Source: Lingula anatina | Lineage: Eukaryota; Animalia; Brachiopoda | Length of the DNA stretch: 64,000 bases | Reading direction: 5' to 3' | Assembly (NCBI GenBank): GCA_051362555.1 | Contig: CM120647.1 | Location: 11,756,651-11,820,650, forward strand | Shown here: one piece after another, positions 51,088 to 64,000 of the stretch | How positions within the stretch are numbered: the first letter of the stretch is position 1 | Layout: each line of letters opens with the position of its first letter | The notes under the pieces: generated by a model | The model's input: the letters and a program-made list of their open reading frames with translations, nothing else | Told to the model about the DNA's origin: nothing | Database searches by the model: none | Made by a program: the position numbers and the translations under genes

Positions 51088-51337
51088 CCCATTCCCTCAG
51101 ACACACCATCGATGAAAGTGGATCGACCTAATTCTGTGGGAACTCTCGCTAAGTGCAATCAGCTTAACTGTGTGACACGTCTCCTTTTGTTTTCGACGTA
51201 CTCACATAATCACCATCTTTTCTGTATTCTACTCAACGACAGGAGGAGGCGTGTTAATTTGTTAAGCTGATTGCACTTAACGGAAGCCCCGGAGAGCTGG
51301 ACCGACCCACGTAGGCTGGTGTGTCTATGGGAATGCT
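51088..51337. mobile_element. Fold-back MITE; partial second copy at ~53290-53432
   Basis: CATTCCCTCAGACACACCA/TGGTGTGTCTATGGGAATG ends and a perfect inner inverted repeat AAGTGCAATCAGCTTAAC/GTTAAGCTGATTGCACTT. Confidence 0.7.
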
Positions 51338-53207
51338 CCCTCTCAATACCTCTACCAGTTATTATTGTGGACATTTTTTGCTGACTGAGAGCCAAAATGA
51401 CTGTCTATTTATCTAGAGACATTATCTGTGAATATCTGTGGAAAATTAATCTGTAGCCCTGGTAGGGGGTACCCTCTCAATACGTCTCTTTTGCGTATTG
51501 CCCAGAAAAGCAAGTTGTAAATCCCTCAAAACATACCAGTAAAGCTGTAACGCAATGTTATAAAGGACAGTCGTACATGAACAACAACCGTTGGCACTGC
51601 TTCAGTTAAATTCACCCTGACTCTTAAGGCTTCAAATAGAGATTATTTTATGCTGTAGTGCATTTGCAATCTTGTACAACGTCGCATTTGTTAATAGCGG
51701 TGTATTTGTTAATAACCTTAAAATTAGATTGTTGCAAATGATATGGGTGCAAGTCGACAGCATTAATTGAGCTAAAAGGCTTGAAAATACAGTAGGTATT
51801 GTGTGAGTAAAGTGAAAGTAAATATGTTGTGCGTGGATAAAATGGTTACAAGACAGGCTTTGTTCTCATTTTGCTTTTGTAATCTGAGCAAATAAAATAA
51901 CTTTTAAGGCTTTTGGTGCAGAGGCAAAAGCAAAGAAGCCGTTGAATATTCCAGGTAAAACGATTAACGGGAAAATGTATCCTGTTTCAAAAATGGCTGT
52001 CACTCGCCTACCGGTAACATTGTAGCTAGATTATTAATGTTGTGTTAATCGATTTCTGATTTATCTTTAATAATTAAAAGAATAATAATAATAACAATAA
52101 AAACAGCTGCGCATCTTAAGGCAGATTTTCAGGGATAGCTAGAGAACCGCATTTCAATCCCAGTGACAACATTGCTTTCATCACGACCGGCGTCACTTGA
52201 GTCGATCCGTCTCTAAAACCACTCTGTGTGGATTAAACGCATCCGCAAAGTAGGCGCAGCTCTCCTACCATATTAATGAACTTGCCCGTATGCTAGCTAC
52301 ACTGCCATATGATGATACGCTTTACGCTGGATAGAGGTTAACTTAATTGACTTTATCCCGGCGTTCTGGGAACAGACGAGTGCGTGCTCGTGCCTTGGGA
52401 ACAATCATAAGTTGCGGCAGTGTTTGGACACTATGATCAGTATTGTGTATGCACTCGAGCGTCGATAGGGACGATTCATTATTAATAACGACGGCATACC
52501 TGACGTTGGCGTAAATGCTCAGTCCCACCTTGGACTAGCATGGATCATCGGATTAACGAAGGCGACGCGTGTATAATCAAGTTAATTTCGTTTAGTCTGT
52601 CAATTGACGTGAAGATAGGATAGGTTAAAGGCAAAGGTGAGTTAAAGTCTCATAGTTGTATATGTATGTGCTACCAGTTCATTTGACTGTATTAAAGTAG
52701 AGAATATGAAACGTGTGTTAACAAACGCGTGCTCGTGAAGTTTAGATAGACCCGTGTTTAAATCTGACGGGAAAGGTTATTTGTTAAAATGTGATCAGCT
52801 GATCCGTGATGTAAATTACACTTTGCGTTATTACACAACAAGTGAGAGATAAAAATCTGTATATGTAGGTTTGGGACAGTCGCTTGATTGCAATACCCTG
52901 TCTGAAATACCTTTGTCATGCCGTTCATATTATTGGGCCCTTTGATTCGCTACTAATATCACTTATTAAAAATTGGATTGTTAGAATCTACTATTATTGT
53001 TAATAATATTTCTTTAACACTCGTAATACTAGTTGAAAATATCCTTTCACAAGTGAATGCCTTTTGCTGTCTTGTGGCAATGATACACTAAGGCCAAATG
53101 AAATTGAAAACCACTATTTAAGTGTATAAATAAAACAACGTTTATGATATATGGGTAAGGGTGTACACAGAAATAAAGAGACAAGCAAATACGGGAACAG
53201 ATGTATT

Positions 53208-53288
53208 AATAGATAGATAGATAGGTAGATAGATAGATAGATAGATAGGTAGATAGGTAGACAGATAGATAGATAGATAGATAGATAG
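53208..53288. repeat. (GATA)n microsatellite
   Basis: Seen directly. Confidence 0.95.
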
Positions 53289-53711
53289 AAGGGCCCATTC
53301 CCACAGACACCATCGGTCTATGTAGGTCGACCCAACTCTGTGGGGACTCTGGCTGAGTGCAATCAGCTGAACTGAATGCCACGAGGAGGAAACAAGAGGA
53401 GGCGTGTTAATCTGTTAAGCTGATTGCACTAAGATTAATGGATTTGCTTATGGATGGATGGGCGTGCCACTGGGTGGACAGATGAAAATAAATAAAACAT
53501 ATAAGTAATGAAATTGGTCGCCTAGAAAGAGGTCCACTGTCACTATTAAAATATGTTTATTGTGATTAATACTGATATAACAGGAAAGGGCTGTATCGAT
53601 ATCAAGAAGTGTATTAATCACTAGAGGGTAGCTGAATCTTTGTATATTTTGTTTATAAGAGCGTTCCTTGTTAACATTCATATTTTGATCTAAAATGCAG
53701 AAGCCCTATTT

Positions 53712-53742
<31 letters not shown>

Positions 53743-54830
53743 TCTTTTTTTTTTTTTTTTTTTTTGAAAAAAGTCGCATTTGATGAAGAGCCTTAAAGCT
53801 GTAATAGGTCTTAAATGGAAATGTAAAAGTTGTTTATTGAATGGAAAATAATGGAAAGGGTTGGTGGGGGGGGGGGGTTAGGAGGATAATTCAATGACGC
53901 GGTTTTCCTCCGCTTTCACAGCCATTATTTTTCTCTGTGATACATACATATAATACCAACTCGAATGCTGATCATTATAATGTTTGTTTTCCTCACTCAG
54001 TGTATTTTTTATTAGTTGTAGTATGAATAAATGAGTACCTGCAGCATTTGCTTCACAGAATGTGAACCAAAAGGCCGATTTCTATACATATATTTTAGAG
54101 CAAACAAACAGCCGATGGTGGTCAATTTCAGATTGTATATTTGTATTAACACCATTGGCACTGGTATGTTTGGGGCTTACTATTAACTGTAAATCCGAAA
54201 AGGATCTTATGCGTGTCTTTAAAAAATAAAACCCCATTGAAATTTTAGTGAACAAAAGCCAAATGGTATCAGCAAGACTTAGTGTTTTGACTGCAAGCAG
54301 ACAATGATGGGGAAAGGACATATTTGATGCTGTTCACTTAGACAGTATTCAGAAGGGTAAACTTACTAGTCCGCGGATCAAATATGGCGACCTACTAAAA
54401 AGCTTGCTGTTTAATCCGGTTTAATCCGGTGAGGAAGTATTTAAGAGGGCCGGCCATATTTGACCCTCAGACTAGTTAGTGCACTGTTCTGTATTCGGTC
54501 TTAGACTTGCGCTTAGTACTTCAAGGCAATGATGCGTGGTATCTCAAATAAGAACCAACGACCTTACTATCGTGAGAGGACGAATGAAAATGCATTTTGA
54601 TTGAAAAGTGACTTACGTCTGTAATTGACGTAGAAAACCAATTCATTTCCCCAAAATGTGATTTCCAATTATTTTGTGGTCGAAAAGATCTGCAATTACA
54701 GACGTTTACATCACTTTAGATAGATATGTAAGTCTTCTAAACGATAACCATGAAATTGATTTCTACATTTGTATTTTCTTGGATGCAAATGACTTGCTAT
54801 ACAAACATTATCTTTGAGGTAATCTGAAGT

Positions 54831-54865
<35 letters not shown>

Positions 54866-57741
54866 GAATTTTTAAAAACAATAATAAATGCATGCACAAG
54901 CAGTCTTGGATTTAAATCAAAATAATATTTGCCCAAAATGCTCGGAATCCCTTTATACCATTTTGAAATGTCAGCGACTGTGTTGATAGTTGTGAAGCAG
55001 ACTATGCTAAATGTTATTCCGAAATGAATAGCATGCAGTCGAAGCGATAGCAGTATAGACCCGTATACTGCCTTCAACTGTGACTAATCGTTTTTCACCA
55101 TTTAAGCTGACTTGATTTTTCAATTTGTTTATTTATATATATTCTCTGGTTTATATGGAGGTCAAAAATGAGTCGTAATTCTACCTGTATCTTAAAGGTT
55201 TCCAATCAATTGTGACAGTGACTTAAGTATTAGTCATCTACCTCTGACCACAGTTGTTGCTTGTATAAAGCCACACAGTGAAATAAACCTCTAATTATAT
55301 TAGCTAAAATATTTATATACCAGGAAATATTATCAGCTTTATATTTATCGTCTGGATCTACCAAAACCTAAAACCGTTCTCGGAATTCTGATCCATAAAG
55401 CAGCTTTTGAACGTTAAAACATCAAAATGAAATTTCTGATCCATCCAGTTTGGGATTCTAACCCCTTAGCTTTTTAGACAATTTTTAAAACAATGTCATG
55501 ATGAAGACAGAGACGGGGAAGTGTCACTTTCTTTACATTATAGCTAAAAATTATTTTCATTTATTTTTTTTTTATTTATTTTTATTTATTTATTTATTTA
55601 TTTATTTATTTTTTTGGGGGGGGGTATCATCTTCTTTCCAATGAACCGTTTACAGAATTACCACCCATAAACCAAAATTTGAGCTCTCTATTGAAAATAT
55701 CAATCAGAAAGTTTTTGGTTCGTCCAGTTACAGATTCTTTATTTTAGTCTTAAAAAGGGGAAACAATGGCGGTCTAGGAGGCAGAAAGTGATGAACTTCA
55801 CTAGAAGTGGTACGAGTGTGGAATTTAAAACTTGATTCAGTGAATGGCTTCGGGAGAAACTACCAAGGAAAATAATGGTTTACTTTATAAAAGATTTTAA
55901 TGCTCATTATGTACCTTCAATTTGATTTAAAACGAACTGTAAAATGAAATAAGGGCAGCCATCAGAGACTAAGATAACGGAGAGAGCAATCGAATTTTAT
56001 TTTATCATTGCTAACGCTGTGATCAAATAGGAAGCTGACTATGGTGGATATTAATTACAGACTCGGAGTGGCGCTGTGGAAAGAACCCCAGAGACGTCTT
56101 GCTTACCCCAAAATCGTTAACTGCTGTTAATTGAAACCGAAACATTATATTGTTGTATAAAACTAGCGACCGCTTGCAAATACACTAAAACATTGATGTT
56201 TTACAATCAAGTGCATGTATGAACGCTGAGATAATCAAAAAGAACAGCACGAATAGCATCGACTTTAATCGATTAACGACCGCCAGTAGAAACTAAAATC
56301 TTGCGGGTAGTGGTCGTTTGCAACATAAAAAACGGCGTATCAGACTATTAATTTGGCGCCAGTGTTCAAATCGACGATAATATCAGCTTGCGTAGATTCT
56401 AGATTGTGTAGAGGGTGTAGGCGGCGCAGATCTACATTAGAGTTTAAGCCTGTTAAATCGCCGAAGCAGGCACCGAGTGTAAAGTGCAAAAGCTGCAGAC
56501 CCAACGCGCGCGAGACCAGGTACCTTAAGACTACTGGTACATGCAGCCGCTCAAGGTAGGTTCTACACGTACATGCGAACAAAGCTTGAAACCTTTAAAT
56601 GTCATGATAAATATTAACAAATGTAGATACGTATTGGCGTAGAGTGCAACTGGTGTCTACGTGAGCTGTTTCCAATATCCAATTTAGCGGTAACCGGATT
56701 CCACCTTGCACACAGCCACAGGTCTGTACCTTTGGGGACGTGCTTTCAGTTTTTGGTCCAGGACTCTCCGAAAGCTGCTGGCTTAATAATACTATAAGCG
56801 AGAGATTGCGTTGTTTCTGACTTGTGAATATTGCCGAAGGGGAGTTTAACACATAGACTCCACTGGGATATTTTAACATTATGCAACATGCATTGACGAC
56901 AGTGTTTTCGGAATCATATACCGTCACAGTTGCTGTAAGGCAGGTGTATTTAACTGGAATGTATTTAATTGATCTAGAAGTGATTTATGATGACCAACAG
57001 GTAGGAGCATTTTATACTATTGTTAAAGTTGAACGGGTTACACTAGCTAAAGCCCAGCCGTAGTAACGTGGTACGTGACCAGAATTATTTTGCGGAGCCT
57101 TTTTATTTCATGAAGCACCTGAAAACAATGATGATATGTTTAAATTTGGCAGCTACATCGTGTTAAAACCGAAAACAGTAATCCAACAGAAGAAATACCG
57201 TTTATTTACATTCATGTACTTTGTTGATTTATGTTGTAAATAATCGCAACCTTTATATTATAGATATAAAACCCGTATATTCTGACTTAGTATAAAACAT
57301 CATGTATGTTTGATAGCTGTTTTTCTGGATCATGAACATACGTTACTGTTCTCGGCGCCTTCATTATATATAATGCATCACGGAAAATGATTGATCTGCA
57401 TCGGCAAAATGAATTTTAGCTTCAGCTGTAGGCAGTGAGTATTCTCCAGGCCACAGTTTACATGTACTTTTACCTATTTTGGCCTCAAATTTTGAAAGAT
57501 TCTAGACACGTCGTCTTCCTTTTTACGGGAACCTTAAGAGTATTTTCATTTTCTTGTTTGTTCTAAAACGACAAAGTTATCTCTCTTATGTACGGTAATA
57601 TGATTATAATAATACCGTGCATAAGGGAGATAATAACGTAGGCGAGTTCAATTTTATTGCATACTAAATGTACATTACTATATGTAACTATTAAAGTGTA
57701 TCAATTTGATTAGAACTAGAAATAATATGTATCTTGGGGAT

Positions 57742-57779
<38 letters not shown>

Positions 57780-57870
57780 ACTGGGAGGTGGCCCTGTACC
57801 ACGTGGAATCCGGGTAGTTTAAAAAGAGAGATCGGTAACCGAAAAGCGGATATCTCGAGGTGGAGATGGT

Positions 57871-58031
57871 CAGGCCTGTAGCCAGCAATTTCAAAGGGGG
57901 TGCTTTTCTGAAAAAGCGGACCTTCCTTCGTCTACCTAGATTCATTTTCACCCACAGGGGACATTTCACCGACGAAAAGGGCTGTTCGCCGGAACCCCCC
58001 CTCCCCCCCCCCCCCCCGGGCTAAGGGGCTG
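57871..58031. mobile_element. MITE of the same family as 50356-50518
   Basis: atggt|CAGGCCTGTAGCC ... GGCTAAGGGGCTG|atggg, a near-perfect 5-bp TSD. Confidence 0.75.
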
Positions 58032-60528
58032 ATGGGTACATGTATCCTGCCGTTTGACCTACTGTTAACCCTATCGGCTAAATTAATGTTCTGCACTCTA
58101 ATGTCAGTCTGATCCGACGACCAGCTTGATGACGCGGCGTCATGTGGGCTGTATGTTTTAAAATAGCTTAATTTTCTGTCCTCTTCCTCATTGTGGAATT
58201 CTACACAGGGTGTCCGACCGGCGCCGCTCTCCCGTCTCATGCAGGAAACTTAATTAATCAGTGCAAAATTAATTAATCGGCTTCATGGTAAATGTGGCAA
58301 TGTACATATGTTGACGCCAAAGTACCATTCAAACTAAAAAAAATCATTGTCTACGCAGGCGTTTCCTAGATTTAATTCCGTATCCAGTCTTGGGGATCTA
58401 TTGTTTGCCTTTAATTTTGAGGCATTTCACAGCGAACGTGCTGTGTTTCATTTTAGTGTGCGATACATGCATTAAGGACTTTGTGCTATATGCAATCGCA
58501 ATATTCGGTATCTATCGCCTTTGTTTCCAATGAAAACCCGCCATAATGTACCGGGAAGGCTACCGTTTAAGTTGTTATAGACGAAGCCTTTACCCAGAAA
58601 ATGCTGTCATTTTAGATTATTTGCAAGGTAATCCAGTGATCCAGCACAGCCTATTCGATTGATCGCGCATTTTCAATTGTCAACACTTATATAACGGAAT
58701 AAGCTAAACAGTCGTGAGTGTTTCTAAATGGAGTAAACGTTTAGAACAGAATCAACAAACCGGACATAGCATAACTGACGTCACCACACGACTAGACCAC
58801 GTGCCGCTGGCGGGTCCAAGATATGCCTGAGGGGCGCATATATATATGTGTGTGCATGTGTGAGAGAGAGAGAGAGATAATAAAATATATTTCCCTAAGC
58901 AAGCAAGCCTATGCAATAGATGACGAAGGCTATTGACCTATAAAATGCAGTAGACAGAATTGGAAATGAATGCTTGGTTTTGTCTTGTTTCGTTTATTAA
59001 AATGGTCTACCAGTACAGTATAACAGGGTGCAGAGGAAGAAAAGGGGGGAAGGCTGCCTCAGAAATCGGTGGAGTCACGTGACTAATGTGTTCTCCACTG
59101 GATCTAGCTTTGTTTGCGGATGCCAAAGGGTGTATTCAGAGCAAGTTAATCCGGACCAAACATGGCCGAGCCACTTGAAAATTTTCATCCCCTAATAGAC
59201 ACTGAAAAGATTCCCCGCTGGCATTACGTGATAATATTTCAATTGGGTCGGCCATATTTGATCCCAGGATCTGCTAGTCCGGAGACCAACTCTGATTGTG
59301 AATGCGGCCAAAGAGACCAGGATCCCGCCTTAAAGCCGATCTAATCATCAAGACAATGAAAGCGTCATTCAGTTCATCATTTTTCATCGTCATACATGCA
59401 CAGCTATCGGTGCCTTGTCGTATTAGCATATAAAACAGCAGCTGCAGGTTAATTGACTTTCATAGCGATCTCAGTGAGTACTGTTATTAAACGAACTGCC
59501 TGACATTAATGCTTAATGGCTCTTACGGTGCCCAGTAATGTTTCAAACAAAAATGACATTTAAGCTCGCGTGAGTATCACATTGCTTTGGTGCGGCACGT
59601 CACGTGTTGGCTCGTTTTCATAACTCACTAGTGCATATGGTGAGAGGGCAATGTCGGAGTATATTCTGTAAGCATACAAATGGTGACTGCCCGCGTCACA
59701 TGTATATTTGATGTGTGATGTACATGTAGCAGACAGCGCGTGACTGTTGCACGCATGCGTTTTAAATACCACGGTACATTTATTCTGGGCATGACAGTCT
59801 CGTCAACCCTAATCGGTTTTTGTATTTGATAACAGGAAACATTTTAGACATTTTATTCATTCCATAGAACAGTCTAAGAGACAAAGGAATTATGTATGAA
59901 AAGATGTAAAAAATATCTAATTTCTGACATACAGTACTCTCGTAATGGAGGCAAGAAATGGGTGAATTATTGCTGAAATGAGAAATTAAAAGAACTCCAA
60001 ATCAGTATTATATCATGTAATTATCTCAAAGATTTAAGGCAGGAAAACCGTGATGTTTAAGGGAAAATCGTTGACATTTGCAGAGAAGGTAGTGTGAAGG
60101 TATTTTAAGTTCAGTGGTTAAAGTACGATCAGCACGTGTCACCATTTCTTCTTAATCACATTGCGGATGGCTGATAATAAACCAGGTAACGAGTACTTAC
60201 ATCCCACCAAACACAAATCACACTTAATAATCGTCTGGTATATTAGTGTCTCCTGCCAAGCAATTAGCTAGCTGTGATAAATGTAACATCGGTGAGAAGT
60301 CGCTGCTGTTTCTGTCACGTCTGCCTGAGATCTGAGTCATAGATGTATATTCAGCTTAGTTTCCCAGATATTTGTCTTGTTACTGATGGATGGTACAGGG
60401 AAGCAGGTCTTGCTCATTAGTCAGACGACAACTATTTTACTTTTGCATTAATTTTGTAAATTGAACTCCGAATGTAAATGTATATGTAGTTGTATATGTA
60501 GTTTTTCTACCTGTATATATATTTTTTC

Positions 60529-60532
<4 letters not shown>

Positions 60533-60571
<39 letters not shown>
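60533..60571. repeat. (TC)n microsatellite (another at ~54832-54862)
   Basis: Seen directly. Confidence 0.95.
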
Positions 60572-60575
<4 letters not shown>

Positions 60576-60849
60576 ATTGCTGTAAGCAATGAATATGTAT
60601 TGTGTATGTTTATATTCCTGCGTGACAACCGGTGACGTATGACATATAATAAGAGATGTTTGCTTTGAGCGACAGAGTTTGTATGTTGTGGACATACAGT
60701 GTGTACACATGTGCAGTTCAAAGGGTGGGATGTCTAAGAACTCACAACGTATGTCACCTTGAAACGCGCATGCGTTGGTACATGCGTCTATTTGTATGTG
60801 TTAATTCAGAGAACTCAAGAATAAAGAGAAACATCAGTGGAAGACATTT

Positions 60850-61900
60850 ATGTGACATTCTTCTCCATATATCGCGATGCATTTGTAACTGCAGAGGCTC
60901 TATTGGCAGTTCCCTACTTCTGTGTCTTCGTGAGAAATCACCAGGCTTTAGACCAATTATCCAACGTGATTTCCTTCATTTATTGACTTCATCGTCAACT
61001 GTGGTCCGCGTCAGTTGGGGATTGTTACACAATCTTTGAATTAATCTGCTGCCTTTGAGCTAATTCCAAGTGGCACCAAATACCAAAGGGTGAGAAAAGA
61101 CCACAACTATTAATAAAGAGACGAAATTATCAACAAATCATTTCATCGCCAATTAAGATAATATTAATGGCAGGATTCCATTGAAGTGTGAAGGCCGAGC
61201 AACTTGTATGGAATGCCATAAGAAACTGGAACTGGGGAAGTTATTCCAGAAAAAATGGTTGTCACCATCTTTATTGCAGCTAAGCGTTCTCGACGCAAGT
61301 ATTTCTTTTTATAACATGTTAATTGTTTAATGACAAAGGTGGGGGCATGGCTCATCCCATTTTATTGAAGGATTTCTTTTCTTTTTTTAATATCCTTCGT
61401 TTCAAAATTTGGCAAATGGATGCATTTGAATATACTGATATCTTTTAATCGGGTCCTTAATACAGTTGTGACTGTTGTGGCGCCTACACGTCAATTACTT
61501 TTAGCTAAAAAGTAAGTAGGCTTAATGAAAGTAAAATTATGGATGAATCTATTGGAGCATATTTTTCAATTTGGTATTACTGGTTTGTTTGATAACCTCC
61601 TATGTTTGTAAATTTTTGTCCAAATGTCGATTAATTTGAGCAGAGAAGATGAATGCAGTTGAATCAGATACATTGTCCATGATATCTCGCATAAACAATG
61701 AATATTCTCCGTAGGGATTGGTACAGACTTGATTAAAAATAATCTCTGTTGTTTGGACAATATAGTTTGAAAAGACCTAACATAAAATTCCAAGAACGTG
61801 AAATTGAGAAGAAAATCTAGGCATTTTCGTGGGTGTCCTAATAAAGGAATGTTCCACATACCACCCACATTCTATAGTTTTAACAATACTGTAAATTGAT
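60850..61900 (-). mobile_element. Possible highly decayed non-LTR reverse transcriptase
   Basis: FSGITSPVPVSYGIP resembles the LINE RT S..V..GVPQGS motif. The region has many stops. Confidence 0.3.
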
Positions 61901-64000
61901 TGGTTTTCTTCCCTTCTTTCATTAACTTTTACACGTGTCTCTTTGTGGTCTGCAATGAGTGTGACGTATTCTGTTTTATCTCAAGCTGTCGACTAACGCA
62001 TGAGAGCATTGGTCATATATTTGGCAAATCAATGCGTTGGAGCACAATGCTCTCTTTTTAATATTGCCATTTAAGCAACAGTGCCCACTTTTCACCGTGA
62101 TCAATGAAAGTTAATAACATGGTCGTACTGTGTCCCCTGTAAGCTTTATGTATATTATCATGCATATGAACACTGTCGTATCTCCTTTCAATTAGTTTGG
62201 TATCAAACATTTGTTTGATAAATTGCATACGTTTGGGTTGAAATGATGTGGAAATATTCACCTAATTGACAATGTAACGACCAGGAAGTGGTTTTCATAT
62301 TGTTGATAGGTTTTATAATTCACTTGCTTGTCTTTTCAGAATTTGTGGATTAAAACATTTTGTTTGGCGATATACCGGTAGGTTGCACTTGTATTAAATG
62401 GCTTAAAAGGGACTTTCGGATCAGCATATTGTAAGACTTGATAATCCTCATCGAATTTAGTGATTTTAGAATGGAGATATTTGTCCAGGTAATTCTGTAC
62501 GTGACACGACACCAAGTAAATTAATCGTTTCAATACGCGACAAAATTGACTGCGATTTCAATATACTTGTATTTCTAAAAAATCAAAATCGAATTAAAAT
62601 TTTAAAAATGTGTATCACAGACGTCATGATCTGATTTTTTCTCATCCAAACTGTATGCATTAGTTAAAGCCTTTAACCAATCTTAAATTTTCTGTCTGGC
62701 TGTGAGAATTTTTAAATTTTTAAATTTTTAGATTTTAGTTTCGCTAAATAAAGACAGCAGTTAGGGTGGTCGCTGGTTATAATGCCTGGCCAACCATTTT
62801 AAACTGGGTCAACATCTAAAAATTCAATTACAGGTCGAATCTACGTACAGAGAGGGATAGATAAATGGTTCGTGAGTACAAGAAAATTGCTTATTTCCTC
62901 GGGAAAATCCATGTTGGCGGGTAAATCTCATGGAACTGCACTTTAATTACAGCACGTAACTTAGTGACTTGTGGACAGAAGGCTCAGGTCATGGCTATAC
63001 GACAGATGTATAGTAATTAGTGTTACGATACCAAAAGTATTTATAATAATAATAAGAAGAAGAAGAAGAAGAAGAAGAAATAAAAAGAAATACATACCAA
63101 AGACGAAAAATGCGGATTAGGTTATTTTTCTCTCTCAAAACCAATCCGACTTTCAGATTCTGGGCAGTGTGATCAGAAGAACTGAGCTGATGGCATTTCT
63201 AAAAAAATGTTTTATGACACGACTACCTGAACATTTAAGTCTGCTAGTTCATATTTCACATTATATTTGCAAACCAAAATTGTGTGTAAAATTAACTTGA
63301 GGCAAGGTGATACTTATATATTATTATAAATCGGGTGGTTATACACTGTATTTACTAAATAGATTTAAATTGCAGATGGACAAACTGCAGTGTATCTAAG
63401 ACATTCAAGTTTTGCAACTTAGTTCCTGGTTTCTGATAAAAAGGACCATTATGGTGGAGAAAAATACCGCTTTGCCTCTACGACTTCTGCTACGTTTGTG
63501 ACTCCGTCCAACAGCAAATAACAAGGGACACTTATCCAATAAACTTCGGTCTCAAGATTCACGTTGTCGAGAGAGTTCCTAAAGTGATTGACGTCACGGT
63601 ATTAACGTTAAAAGCCAGCTAAGGTCAGATCCATAGCATCCAATTATCTCTTCCCTGACCTCTAGTTGTCTTAAAAGGCAAAATAATCTACTTATCTATT
63701 TCCTGTTTGTCATCAGTCTTTTGGATGAAGACTGCCTTCAGCCAGGGCGAACATTATGATATTCATCTGCAAAGAAATACGAAGACTGCTGCTTAGCATG
63801 GTTTGGCTCATTATATATATATATCCTTCAAGCTTTGGTCTGTACGTGTAGCTCGTAAATAAGACTGCTTTGCTGATTTAAGCTGATATCGGTAATTTCG
63901 CATCAGATGAAGAAAGGGACCGTTTTCACCGAATATCGTAAGAACGCAACTTGAGTGTATTCTTTTATATCAAAAATTGCTTTACATTAATACATGATAC

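Noticed and set aside
55900-57060. ORFs of 60-110 aa as a gene
   Set aside because: No consistent frame or splice structure. At most a very decayed retroelement, and too weak to call.
63720-63940. Penelope-type minimal hammerheads (GATGAAGA...GAAAC)
   Set aside because: The CUGAUGA core is not intact and stem II pairing is weak.

Overview
AT-rich, intron-containing eukaryotic DNA. An invertebrate animal is my inference from gene and transposon content. Most entries in the ORF track are spurious or are exon fragments. From left to right: (1) the 5' end of a THAP zinc-finger ORF runs off the left edge on the minus strand. (2) A ~12.8 kb array of eight near-identical ~1.4 kb units follows. Each unit carries two tRNA-like Pol III modules (A and B boxes) on the minus strand, and one unit is interrupted by a Helentron-type (HINE/DINE-1-like) element. 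(3) An isolated 87-nt SLC5-type transporter exon. (4) An 11-exon Ariadne-like RBR E3 ubiquitin ligase (minus strand, ~1038 aa) lies head-to-head with a 6-exon, 203-aa type-I membrane protein gene. (5) Intron 2 of the membrane protein gene holds a ~7.4 kb structure: one HINE inserted in reverse orientation into another copy of the same family, giving kilobase inverted repeats. (6) An Academ-type transposon derivative contains a LINE fragment. (7) The last ~24 kb shows no recognisable host exons, only MITEs, decayed retroelements and microsatellites. Gene models were built by eye from GT-AG sites and frame continuity, and no database searches were run.
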